Shown: in pieces, positions 1 through 12,399 of the stretch
Position numbering within the stretch: the first letter of the stretch is position 1
How the letters are laid out: each line of letters begins with the position of its first letter
Source of the DNA: an uncultured delta proteobacterium
GTDB taxonomy: Bacteria; Myxococcota_A; Polyangia; Palsa-1104
Assembly: GCA_963785725.1 (NCBI GenBank)
Contig: CAWAWS010000006.1
Location: 288,001-352,000 of the forward strand
Reading direction: 5' to 3'
DNA length: 64,000 nt
Position numbers and translations under genes: made by a program
Notes under the pieces: model-generated
What the model was told of the DNA's origin: nothing
Seen by the model: the letters and a program-made list of their open reading frames with translations, nothing else
Database searches by the model: none

Positions 1-446
1 CGCAGCGCGAAGAAGCCGCTCAACGGATCGCGCGCCACTTGCGACAGCACGTGCTTGCCTTTGACCTGTTTTTGCGGCGACCAGACGTCGACTTCGGCGC
101 GCCGGCCATCCATCGTCGACGTCACGCGCCGCTCGCGCATGCCGCTCTCGTGCTCGCTCACGCTCAACGGCAACAGGCTCGCCGTATCGACGACGAGCTG
201 GTAATCGTCGCTCACTTTGGCCAGCAGCTTGATGAACGCCGTCGTCTCCGCTTCGCCGTGCACGGCCAGCACGCGCTTGTCGCCTTGCGCGACGGGACGA
301 CCGACCGACATGCGCGCGCGCCCGCCTTCGATGGGCCCGATCGAAAACTTGAAGGTGAACGCTTCGCCCGGCCGCGCGCCCGGATGTGCCGTCGCGCTCG
401 GCCCGACCAGCGTCATGAGGACGAGCGTCGTCGTCGCGAGGCGCAT
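1..446 (-). CDS. Secreted DUF3108-like protein (partial, runs off window start)
   Basis: Manual translation MRLATTTLVLMTLVGPSATAHPGARPGEAFTFKFSIGPIEGGRARM...RDPLSGFFALR; signal peptide plus PGE-x-F and DPLS motifs resembling DUF3108; absent from ORF track because no stop in window. Confidence 0.65.
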   Translation of the reverse strand, partial: MRLATTTLVLMTLVGPSATAHPGARPGEAFTFKFSIGPIEGGRARMSVGRPVAQGDKRVLAVHGEAETTAFIKLLAKVSDDYQLVVDTASLLPLSVSEHESGMRERRVTSTMDGRRAEVDVWSPQKQVKGKHVLSQVARDPLSGFFAL

Positions 447-494
447 GCTGCTTAGACTGCGCGAACCAGCGGCGGATTCAAGTATGCTGTCGCC

Positions 495-1439
495 GTGAGC
501 TTCGACGAGCCAGCGCGTCCGCGAATCGGCGTCACGATGGGAGATCCGGCCGGCATCGGGCCCGAGTTGGTGCGCGCGGTCTGCGCCGGCGCCGGCGACG
601 TCGTCATCTTCGGCGACGGCAAGCAGCTGGCCGGCTTGGACGCCAACGTCGTCGCCGTCACCGCGCTCGACGACGTCACGCCGGGCGCGCCGACGACGGT
701 GACGGGGCGCGCGCAGCTCGCCTATCTCGACGCGGCCGTCGCCGAAGCGCGCGCCGGCCGGCTCGACGCCATCGTCACGGCGCCGATCCACAAGGCCTCG
801 TGCATCGCCGCCGGCTTCGCGTTCCCCGGGCACACCGAGTTCCTGCAGGATCGCCTGGGCGCGCCGGCGGTGACGATGATGTTCGCCGGTCCGCGCATGC
901 GCGTGTCGTTGGCGACGATTCACCACGCGCTGTCGGCCGTCCCGCGCGAGCTCGACATCGCCGGCGTGACGACGGCGATCGCGCAGACGGCGACGGCGCT
1001 GGCGCGCGACTTCGGCATCGCCGCGCCGCGCGTGGCCGTCGCCGGCTTGAATCCGCACGCCGGCGAAGCGGGCCACTTCGGCGACGAAGAGGCGCGCGTC
1101 ATCGTGCCCGCCATCGCCGCCGCGCGCGTCGTGCTGGCCGCCGCCAACATCGCCGCCGACGTGAGCGGCCCGCACGTGCCCGACGCCGTCTTTCGCGCCC
1201 ACCTCGACGGTCGCTACGACGCGGTCATCGCCATGTATCACGATCAAGGGCTGATTCCGGTGAAGCTCATCGACTTCGACGAAGCCGTGAACGTGACGCT
1301 GGGCCTGCCGATCGTGCGCACGTCGCCCGATCACGGCGTGGCCTACGACATCGCCGGCAAGGGCTTGGCGCGCCCGACGTCGTTCGCGGCGGCGCTGCGC
1401 CTGGCGCGCCAGCTCGTCGCCGGCCGCAGCCAGCGCTGA
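495..1439 (+). CDS. pdxA: 4-hydroxythreonine-4-phosphate dehydrogenase PdxA
   Basis: Motifs TMGDPAGIGPE, FPGHTE, GLNPHAGE, AMYHDQGLIP, RTSPDHG. Confidence 0.95.
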   Translation: MSFDEPARPRIGVTMGDPAGIGPELVRAVCAGAGDVVIFGDGKQLAGLDANVVAVTALDDVTPGAPTTVTGRAQLAYLDAAVAEARAGRLDAIVTAPIHKASCIAAGFAFPGHTEFLQDRLGAPAVTMMFAGPRMRVSLATIHHALSAVPRELDIAGVTTAIAQTATALARDFGIAAPRVAVAGLNPHAGEAGHFGDEEARVIVPAIAAARVVLAAANIAADVSGPHVPDAVFRAHLDGRYDAVIAMYHDQGLIPVKLIDFDEAVNVTLGLPIVRTSPDHGVAYDIAGKGLARPTSFAAALRLARQLVAGRSQR

Positions 1440-1443
1440 ATCG

Positions 1444-1941
1444 CTAACGCGGCTTGGGTTTGCCGTCGTGCGCGCCTTTGGGCGAGTAGGGCGCGTCGGC
1501 CCACCACTCGGCGTCGCCGACGACGGCGCGGCGCTCGGGATTGAGCGGGTAGAAGATGCGATTGTCGGCCTTGGTCGTCTCGCCGCCGACGAGCATGACA
1601 ACGTCGCGCGCGCCGTCGTTGATGAACGTGTGACAGATGCCGGTGCCGGCGGGAAACGCCGCCAAATCGCCGGCGCGCATGGCGAAGATCTCGCCGTCGA
1701 TCCAGGCGCTGACTTCGCCCTCGAGGACATAGACGAGCTCTTCCTCTTTTTCTTCGCAGTGCGGATAACTCGAGCGCGTGCCCGGCGGAAGCCTTACGAG
1801 GTGTAGGCCGATCTTCTGCAGCCCCGCGGCGCGACCGAGGTCGCGGTCGTAGCGTTGGTCCTCGTCGGTGCCGGGATAGCGCTTTTGCTGCTCGACGACG
1901 TCTTGGCTGCGGATGATGAGATTAGGTCGCCGCTCGCTCAT
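1444..1941 (-). CDS. Cupin domain protein
   Basis: LPPGTRSSYPHCEEKEEELVYVLEGE...FPAGTGICHTFIN cupin motifs; ATG at 1941 avoids overlap with uvrA. Confidence 0.85.
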   Translation of the reverse strand: MSERRPNLIIRSQDVVEQQKRYPGTDEDQRYDRDLGRAAGLQKIGLHLVRLPPGTRSSYPHCEEKEEELVYVLEGEVSAWIDGEIFAMRAGDLAAFPAGTGICHTFINDGARDVVMLVGGETTKADNRIFYPLNPERRAVVGDAEWWADAPYSPKGAHDGKPKPR

Positions 1942-1998
1942 GACCCTATGGTAAGATGATCCGCCCCCTATGCGCACGAGCATTACGGGGGCCCGTGC

Positions 1999-4858
<2,860 letters not shown>

Positions 4859-4863
4859 AGCGC

Positions 4864-5619
4864 GTGATCTCGTCCGTGCCGTCGCTGCCGCTGTCGGTGG
4901 TCGAGGCGCTGGCGCTGACGGTGGCGACGTTCGTGGCGCTGACGGCGGCGGGCACGGCGACGGCCGATTGGGGCGCCGCCGGCCTCGCGGCCTCCGAGCT
5001 CGTCGCCGTGCTCTTGCCGACGCTGGCGTGGCTCGCATGGCGCCGGCCGCCGCGCGCGACGCTCGGCCTGCAGAGCGCGCGGCTCGTGCCGATGCTGGGC
5101 GCGCTGGTCGCCGGACTGGGCGCGTTCTACCTCGTCGCCGTCGCGCTCGAGCCGCTGATGGAGCGCGTCATTCCCACGCCGCCGGAGCTCAAGCGCGCGC
5201 TCGAGCAGCTGATCGTGCCGCCGTCGGGCTTACGGCCGTTGCCGCTCGATCTGCTGGCGTTCGCGCTCGTGCCGGCTGTCGCCGAGGAGCTGCTCTTTCG
5301 CGGCGTCCTGTTCGGCGCCTTACGCGGCAAGCTGCCGGCATGGCTCGCAGTGCTGGTGAGCGCGCTCGCCTTTGCCGCTTATCACGGCTCGCTGCCGCAC
5401 CTCTTGCCGGCGCTCGCAGGCGGCGTTCTGCTCGGCGCCGTGCGCGTGGCGTCGCGTCGGCTCGCGCCCGCGATCGCGTTTCATTTCGCCAACAACGCCG
5501 CCGTCGTCATCGCGCTGCGGCACGGCATGTCGACACCTGCCGTCGCGGTCGGACCGCTCGTCGCGGCCACGCTCGCCGTCGCTGGCGGAGCGTGGCTGTT
5601 CTCGTGTCTTTCGCCTTAA
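4864..5619 (+). CDS. CPBP family intramembrane glutamic endopeptidase (CAAX/Abi)
   Basis: Hydrophobic helices; EELLFRG, FAAYH and FHFANN motifs; start uncertain. Confidence 0.85.
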   Translation: MISSVPSLPLSVVEALALTVATFVALTAAGTATADWGAAGLAASELVAVLLPTLAWLAWRRPPRATLGLQSARLVPMLGALVAGLGAFYLVAVALEPLMERVIPTPPELKRALEQLIVPPSGLRPLPLDLLAFALVPAVAEELLFRGVLFGALRGKLPAWLAVLVSALAFAAYHGSLPHLLPALAGGVLLGAVRVASRRLAPAIAFHFANNAAVVIALRHGMSTPAVAVGPLVAATLAVAGGAWLFSCLSP

Positions 5620-5690
5620 CATTGGGTCTCGTTCGGTACCCGCGAATACTCTTTGCGCAGCGGTTCCCGTACTGTTAGGATGAATACATT

Positions 5691-6383
5691 ATGGCGCAGG
5701 ATGAGAAGCGGGCGCTCTGGTACATCAAGAAAATCCCGCTGTTCCAAGACGTTTCCCACGATACGATCCATAAACTGGTCCAGAGCATCGAGCTCAAAGA
5801 GGTGCGTCGCCGTCAGGTGATCTACCTCCCAGGCGACCCCGGCCAAGCCGTGTATTTCGTCAACGGCGGGCGCGTGAAGATTTCGAAGGTCACGCGCGAC
5901 GGCAAGGAGCTGACGCTCGCTTACCGCGGACCCGGCGAGATCTTCGGCGAGCTGGTCATGATCGACGGCGGCCCGCGCGAAGAGATGGCCGAGGCGATGG
6001 AGAACGCGCTCGTCACCGAGATCGATCGCGCCGAGTTCGAGAAGATCGTCCAAAAAGAGGGCGTCATCGGCTTTCGGCTGACCAAGATCGTGTCGCAGCG
6101 GCGGCGTGACGTCGAAAACAAGATCGAGCAGCTGATCTTCAAGGACGTCAACGCCAAGCTGGCCGAGCTGCTCTTGCGCTTGGCGACGGAATACGGCATC
6201 GACGACTCGCGCGGGACGTTGGTTGCGCTCAAGATTACCCATCAAGAGATGGCAAACTTGATCGGGTCCACGCGTGAGACGGTGTCGCTGACGCTGTCGC
6301 AGTTCAAGCGCAAGGGGCTCATTCAAACCGAAGGGCGCAAAGTGATCCTCGCCGACCGCGAAGGGTTGCGCGCGCTGGCCTAA
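5691..6383 (+). CDS. Crp/Fnr family transcriptional regulator
   Basis: cNMP-binding barrel (GEIFGEL) and HTH ITHQEMANLIGSTRETVS. Confidence 0.92.
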   Translation: MAQDEKRALWYIKKIPLFQDVSHDTIHKLVQSIELKEVRRRQVIYLPGDPGQAVYFVNGGRVKISKVTRDGKELTLAYRGPGEIFGELVMIDGGPREEMAEAMENALVTEIDRAEFEKIVQKEGVIGFRLTKIVSQRRRDVENKIEQLIFKDVNAKLAELLLRLATEYGIDDSRGTLVALKITHQEMANLIGSTRETVSLTLSQFKRKGLIQTEGRKVILADREGLRALA

Positions 6384-6386
6384 GCG

Positions 6387-7547
6387 ATGGCGATCAAGCT
6401 GGGCGAGCTGTTGATCGAGGCCGGTGTCATCGACCGCACGCAGCTCGCGCAAGCGCTGCAGCATCAGCGCACCTACGGCGGCCGCCTGGGCACGAACTTG
6501 GTCGAGCTCGGCATCCTCGACGAGAAGACGGTGGCGTCGGTGCTCGCGAAGCAGATGAGCATCCCGTCGGCGACGGCGGCGCAATTGGACCGCTGCGACC
6601 CGGCGGCGCTGCGCCTCTTGCGCGCGGAAGTGGCGGAGCGGCTGCGCGCCGTGCCGCTGCGCGAGGACGCCGGCCGTTTGTGGGTGGCGATGGCCGATCC
6701 GACCGATCAGATGGCGCTCAAGGAGCTCGAGCGCCTCGTCGGTAAGCCGATCCGCGCGATGGTAGCGCCCGAGCTCTTGATTCAGTACGCGCTCGAGAAG
6801 CACTTTGCCGTGCGTCGTAAGCCGCGCGTCATGACGGTGCGTGAAGGCAGCGGGCTGCTCGACTTCGACGGGCATCGCGCGCCGCGCATCACGACGACCG
6901 CGCCGCCGCCGCCGCCGGCCGGCAAAAAAGGGCCACCGCCGCCGCCGAAGCAGGAAGCGCCGGTGTGGAATTGGTACGGCAGCGAGAATCCGCAAGTCGA
7001 TGCGGTCGAGTCGCTGTCCGGCTATCTCGACGAGCATGAGAAGCCGGCGCAGCCGAAGCGTGAGCGGCCGCCGCTCAAGGTCGTCGCCGAGAGGCTGCTC
7101 ATGGCCGAGACCGACGAGGCGGTGTTCGACGTCGCGCTGTCGTATGTCGGCATCGACGCGCAGCGGCTGGCGGCGTTCCTACTGCGCAACGGCAACTTGG
7201 TCGGCTGGAAAGGGCACGGCGTCGACGAGGCGCAGCTGAAGAAGGTCAAGATCAAGCTCGACGAAGCGCCCATGGTCGCCGGCGTGCTCGCCAGCGGTCA
7301 GGCGTGGGTCGGGCGCGTGCAGCTCGAAGACCTGGGCGCGCTGGCGACGCCGCTCGGTGTGCGCGAGGAGGGGCTCGGCGTCGTGCTGCCGGTGCGCATC
7401 GGCAAGCGCGCGGTCGCGGCCGTCGTCGGGCTCGAGGCGTCGAGCGACATCATGAAGCACGCGAGCACGATCAATAAGCTCGCCAACAAGATCGATCAGG
7501 CGCTGCACATTGGCTACCTGCGCCGCCAAATTTTGTCGGACGAGTGA
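6387..7547 (+). CDS. MshEN/GspE-N domain protein without ATPase, Pro-rich linker, GAF-like C-terminus
   Basis: KLGELLIEAGVI...LQHQ and RLGTNLVELGIL...LAKQ tandem MshEN motifs, VAMADP; no Walker A. Confidence 0.8.
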   Translation: MAIKLGELLIEAGVIDRTQLAQALQHQRTYGGRLGTNLVELGILDEKTVASVLAKQMSIPSATAAQLDRCDPAALRLLRAEVAERLRAVPLREDAGRLWVAMADPTDQMALKELERLVGKPIRAMVAPELLIQYALEKHFAVRRKPRVMTVREGSGLLDFDGHRAPRITTTAPPPPPAGKKGPPPPPKQEAPVWNWYGSENPQVDAVESLSGYLDEHEKPAQPKRERPPLKVVAERLLMAETDEAVFDVALSYVGIDAQRLAAFLLRNGNLVGWKGHGVDEAQLKKVKIKLDEAPMVAGVLASGQAWVGRVQLEDLGALATPLGVREEGLGVVLPVRIGKRAVAAVVGLEASSDIMKHASTINKLANKIDQALHIGYLRRQILSDE

Positions 7548-7578
7548 AAACGCCGCGATCGGCCCGCTCGCGGCGTTT
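7548..7578. terminator. Hairpin between convergent genes, probably a bidirectional terminator
   Basis: AAACGCCGCGA...TCGCGGCGTTT inverted repeat between two stop codons. Confidence 0.6.
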
Positions 7579-8750
7579 CAGCCGAAGTCTAGCGGGTCGG
7601 CGGCTTCGTCGTCTCGCGCTTGCTTCTTGTCCGCTTGCACTTTACGGACGTAGCGCACGAGCGGGTCGACGTAGGCGTCGAACGGCGGACAGCGCACGCT
7701 CCACGGCTCGCCCGAGAGCAGCGTCAGCGTGTGGCGACAATTGTAGAGCGCGAGGTGATTGAAGGCCTCGAGGAACGCCAGCGGCGCCCGCGCCAGCCGC
7801 TCGAGCCCGGGCGCCTTCAAGAGCGCGCGCGCCAAGCCCGTCGGAATCACGCCGCGCGGCGCCTTCTTGTCGGCGCGCTGCGCCACGAGCTCGTAGACGG
7901 TGCGCGCGGCGAACGGCGCCGGGTCGGTCAGGTGGAACGTGCCACCGACGGCTCGCGCGTCACGCGACAGCGCCACGGCGGCGTCGATGACGAAGTCGAT
8001 CGGCACCAAATTCAGCGGTGCCGAGCCGCGACCGGGCAGCGGCAAGTGCACGTCGATCGGCGACGAAACGATGAGCACGAGCAGGTAATACGGCCCGTCG
8101 AACTTGTCGATCTCACCCGAGCGCGAGTCGCCGACGATGATTCCCGGCCGCAAGATCGTGATCGGCAGCCGGCGCGCGGCGTCGCGGGCCAGCCGCTCGG
8201 CGCGGAACTTGGTCTCCTCGTAGAAGTTGCGAAAGCGCTGCCCGCAGTCGAGCTCCTCTTCGAGGATGACGCCCGAGCGCGCGCCCGACACCTGCGACGT
8301 CGACCAATGCATGAAGCGGCGCAGCTTCGTACAGTCGCCGGCCAGCTCCAGCATCGTGCGCGTGCCGTCGACGTTGACGCGCTCCAGCTGATCTTTTTGC
8401 GCCCCCAAATAATAGACGGCCGCCGTGTGATGAATCGCCGTCACTTCCGCGGCCAGCGCCTTGTATTCGCCGCCGGCGAGGCCGAGATCCATCGACGCCA
8501 CGTCGCCTTCGAGGATGCGCACGCGCGCCGCCTGCTCGGGCGGCAGCGCGGCCACGAAGGCGTCGGCGTCGGCGCGGAACTTCTCGAGCACGAGCAAATA
8601 GACCTGCTCGTGACGATCGGTCGCCAACAGCTGCTCCGTCAGTCGCCGCGCCGTGAACGCGGGAAAGCCGGTCACGAGCGAGACGTCGTGATGCGACTCG
8701 CCGTTGCTCTTGCCGTTGCTTTTACCGTTGCTGCCGCTGTCGTTCGTCAT
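7578..8750 (-). CDS. Extended SDR / thioester-reductase-like (NAD_binding_4) oxidoreductase
   Basis: LVTGFPAFTA Rossmann-like start, VNVDGT, YEETK (YxxxK), RPGIIVGDS; ATGA overlap with coaE stop. Confidence 0.8.
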   Translation of the reverse strand: MTNDSGSNGKSNGKSNGESHHDVSLVTGFPAFTARRLTEQLLATDRHEQVYLLVLEKFRADADAFVAALPPEQAARVRILEGDVASMDLGLAGGEYKALAAEVTAIHHTAAVYYLGAQKDQLERVNVDGTRTMLELAGDCTKLRRFMHWSTSQVSGARSGVILEEELDCGQRFRNFYEETKFRAERLARDAARRLPITILRPGIIVGDSRSGEIDKFDGPYYLLVLIVSSPIDVHLPLPGRGSAPLNLVPIDFVIDAAVALSRDARAVGGTFHLTDPAPFAARTVYELVAQRADKKAPRGVIPTGLARALLKAPGLERLARAPLAFLEAFNHLALYNCRHTLTLLSGEPWSVRCPPFDAYVDPLVRYVRKVQADKKQARDDEAADPLDFG

Positions 8751-9355
8751 TCCCGTTTCCCCGCCGCCACGACTTCGGCCCATACGCGGCCGGTCGCTTC
8801 ACGCGTCTCGGCCAGCGTCCCATTGGAATCGATGACCCAGTCGGCCACCGCCACTTTTTGCGCCAGCGGCCATTGCGCCGCCATGCGCGCGTCCGCTTCT
8901 TCCGCGCTCAACCCGTCGCGCGCCATCAATCGCGCTCGCTGCGTCGGCTCGCTGCAGGCGACGACGATGAGCCCATCGAGCCCGGCCTGCGCGCCGTTCT
9001 CGACGAGCAGCGCCGCTTCGTACACCGCCAGCGGCTCGCCCGCGTCGCGCAGCGCCGCAAGCCGCGCCTGCGTCTCGGCGGCGATGCGCGGGTGCGTGAT
9101 CGCGTTCAGCTTGCGCCGCTCGTCGACGTCGGCGAAGACGCGCGCGCCCAAGCGTTTGCGATCGAGCGAGCCGTCGGGCAGCAAATATTCCGAGCCGAAG
9201 CGGGCGACGAGCTCGGCCAACGCCGGCTGACCGGGCGCCACCACGTCGCGAGCGATCTGATCGGCATCCACCACGCGGGCTCCCAATTCGACCAGGATTT
9301 TGGCGGCCGTCGACTTGCCGGAGGCGATCCCGCCGGTGAGACCGATCACGCGCAT
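8747..9355 (-). CDS. coaE: Dephospho-CoA kinase
   Basis: MRVIGLTGGIASGKST, DADQIAR, LNAITHPRI. Confidence 0.95.
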   Translation of the reverse strand: MRVIGLTGGIASGKSTAAKILVELGARVVDADQIARDVVAPGQPALAELVARFGSEYLLPDGSLDRKRLGARVFADVDERRKLNAITHPRIAAETQARLAALRDAGEPLAVYEAALLVENGAQAGLDGLIVVACSEPTQRARLMARDGLSAEEADARMAAQWPLAQKVAVADWVIDSNGTLAETREATGRVWAEVVAAGKRE

Positions 9356-9383
9356 GCGTTCTAATGATACTAACACCACCATC

Positions 9384-10028
<645 letters not shown>

Positions 10029-10038
10029 GATGACCTGA

Positions 10039-11037
10039 GTGGCGGCCGAGCAAGAGGCGGGGGAAAAGGAAAAGAAGGGCGGCGGCAACGTGCGCGTGGT
10101 CATCGCCGCGCTCGCGGTCAACGTCGCCATCGCGGCCTGCAAGTTCGTCGCGGCCGTCTTGTCGGGCTCGACGGCGATGCTGGCCGAAGCCTTCCACTCG
10201 TCGGCCGACACCGCGAACCAGATCTTCCTGCTCATCGGCATGCGCAAGAGCGCGCGCCCGGCCGATCGCAACCACCCCTTCGGTCACGGCCCCGAGACCT
10301 ACTTTTGGGCCTTCATGGTGGCGCTGTGCATCTTCGCGCTCGGCGGCTACGTCAGCGTCGCCGAAGGCGTGTCGAAGATCCTCCATCGCCACGACGCCGG
10401 CGCCACCGCGCTGCACGATCCGCGGCCGGCCTACATCATCCTCGGCATCTCGTTCTTGCTCGAGAGCTACTCGTTCTCGGTGGCGATGAAGGAGTTCCGC
10501 CACATTCGCGCCGGCCGCGGCATTCGCCGCACGCTGCAGGAGGCGCGCGATCCGACGGTGTTGACCGTCATGTTCGAGGATCTGGCGGCGCTGTTCGGCC
10601 TCGCCGTCGCCTTCATCGGCGTCTGGCTCACCCATCGCACCGGCGACTCGGTGTACGACGGCGCGGCCTCGATCGTCGTCGGCGTGGCGCTGGGCTCGGT
10701 CGCCTTCGTGCTCGGCCGCGACACGAAGAGCCTGCTCGTCGGCCGCAGCATGAACGAGCGCGAAGAGGGCATCGTCCGCCAAATCGTCAGCCAGCACCGC
10801 GACGTGACCGAGCTCGTCCACTTGCGCACGATGCACATGGGTCCGCACGAGGTCATCGCCGCCATCAAGGTCCGCTTCGACGGCAGCCTCGACGTGCGCC
10901 GCCTGGAGACGACGATCAACGAGATCGAGGCGGAATTACGCGCCGCGCTGCCGCAATTGCGTCGCATTTACATCGAGCCCGGCTTCGACGAGGAGGCTGT
11001 GCGCGCTGCGCGGCGCGTGCCGCCCGGACGTAACTGA
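10039..11037 (+). CDS. Cation diffusion facilitator family transporter
   Basis: SGSTAMLAEAFHSSADT, HPFGHG, EDLAAL; several TM helices. Confidence 0.9.
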   Translation: MAAEQEAGEKEKKGGGNVRVVIAALAVNVAIAACKFVAAVLSGSTAMLAEAFHSSADTANQIFLLIGMRKSARPADRNHPFGHGPETYFWAFMVALCIFALGGYVSVAEGVSKILHRHDAGATALHDPRPAYIILGISFLLESYSFSVAMKEFRHIRAGRGIRRTLQEARDPTVLTVMFEDLAALFGLAVAFIGVWLTHRTGDSVYDGAASIVVGVALGSVAFVLGRDTKSLLVGRSMNEREEGIVRQIVSQHRDVTELVHLRTMHMGPHEVIAAIKVRFDGSLDVRRLETTINEIEAELRAALPQLRRIYIEPGFDEEAVRAARRVPPGRN

Positions 11038-11519
11038 TGGCCACGCGCGAGCGGCAGCGGCGCTACGAGATCGTCCCCATGCGCGCCACCGATCTGGACG
11101 CGATCATGGACATCGAGCGGGTCAGCTTTCGCGCGCCCTGGTCGCGGCAGGTGTTCGTCGAGGAGCTCGATCGCGACTGGGCGCACGTCGACGTTCTGCG
11201 CGAGCGGCAGGGCGACACGAGCGTGATCGCGTTCGTGAACTATTGGCTCGTGCGCGACGAGGTGCACGTCCTCAACGTGGCGGCGCATCCGAACGCGCGT
11301 CGCCAAGGGCACGCGTCGAGGCTGCTCGAGCACGTGATCGCGTTCGCCAATCGCCACAAATGTCGCTACGTGACGCTGGAGGTGCGCCGCTCGAACGCCG
11401 GCGCCATTCGGCTCTACCGCAAATATGGCTTCCGGCCCGTCGGCGTGCGGCCCAACTATTACGTCGAGGACAACGAGGACGCGATCGTCATGCTCCTCGA
11501 GCTCACGTCGCCCATCTAA
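11037..11519 (+). CDS. rimI: Ribosomal protein S18 alanine N-acetyltransferase
   Basis: GNAT motifs EVHVLNVAAHP...RRQG, TLEVRRSN, RPNYY...EDAIVM. Confidence 0.9.
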   Translation: MATRERQRRYEIVPMRATDLDAIMDIERVSFRAPWSRQVFVEELDRDWAHVDVLRERQGDTSVIAFVNYWLVRDEVHVLNVAAHPNARRQGHASRLLEHVIAFANRHKCRYVTLEVRRSNAGAIRLYRKYGFRPVGVRPNYYVEDNEDAIVMLLELTSPI

Positions 11520-11532
11520 CGAATATTGGCGC

Positions 11533-12399
11533 TTACAGCGACGGCAGCTTGAACGTCAGCGCCATCGTCGTGGGCGGCTTTTGCACGAAGCCGAGCGGCG
11601 TCGACTCCGTCCGCGTGCCGTAGTAAATCGCCACCGCCGCGCCGCCGGCCGCCAGCGCGCCGCCGATCGCCGCCCACACGTACCAGCGCTTGTACCAAAC
11701 GACCGAGCCCGACTCGCGCACCATCGTCGCGTGCACTTCCACTTTGTCGTCGGGCAGGACGTCGACGCGCGCCTCGAAGGGCAAGAAGCCGCCCTTCGAC
11801 ACCTTGAGCGCGTAGGTTCCCGGCGCGCGCACTTTGAGCGGCTCCTTGAGCGGCGTCTTGCCGGCGGCCTCGTTGTTCAGCGTCACTGCCGCGCCCGATT
11901 CGTCGGCGACGATGGCGATCGAGCCGTAGCGACGGAAGACCTCGGGCGGAAACAGCTGGCGCAGCCACGTCAGCGCCTGCTCGTCGGAGACTTCGCTGTC
12001 CGGCGGCAATGACTCGGCCAAGCGCGCGCCGGCTTGCCCCTTTTGCGCGTCGATGCGCTGCAAGGAGATGATGACGTCGCCGAACTGCGAGACGCCGACG
12101 AGCAGCACCTCTTGCGCGCCCAGCTGCTCGCCGATGGCGCCGATGCACATGGCCTCGCCGGCGCAGCGCGCGACCTCGCTGTCGACTTTGGGGCCCAGCT
12201 TGCGCCGCGCCGCCTGCGCGTCGATGACATCGAGCGCCGCCGTCTCGCGCAGCAGCTTGGCCAGCTTCAACCCGACGTCACGCGCGCCGCGCGCGCCCGA
12301 GCGATATTCGAGCACGGCGACGCTGCGGCGAGCATCGGCGTGCGCGAGACCAAACGACAGGACGAGGAGCGCGACGAGGGTAGCTTTCATCTTCCTCAT
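11533..12399 (-). CDS. Secreted PEGA-domain protein with C-terminal TM helix
   Basis: Signal peptide; GAAVTLNNEAAGKTPL...PGTYALKVSKGG PEGA pattern; WYKRWYVW before TM; ATGA overlap with upstream gene. Confidence 0.8.
   Translation of the reverse strand: MRKMKATLVALLVLSFGLAHADARRSVAVLEYRSGARGARDVGLKLAKLLRETAALDVIDAQAARRKLGPKVDSEVARCAGEAMCIGAIGEQLGAQEVLLVGVSQFGDVIISLQRIDAQKGQAGARLAESLPPDSEVSDEQALTWLRQLFPPEVFRRYGSIAIVADESGAAVTLNNEAAGKTPLKEPLKVRAPGTYALKVSKGGFLPFEARVDVLPDDKVEVHATMVRESGSVVWYKRWYVWAAIGGALAAGGAAVAIYYGTRTESTPLGFVQKPPTTMALTFKLPSL

Noticed and set aside
5691..6383. Naming the Crp-family gene mrpC
   Set aside because: Only partial motif resemblance and no mrpAB context
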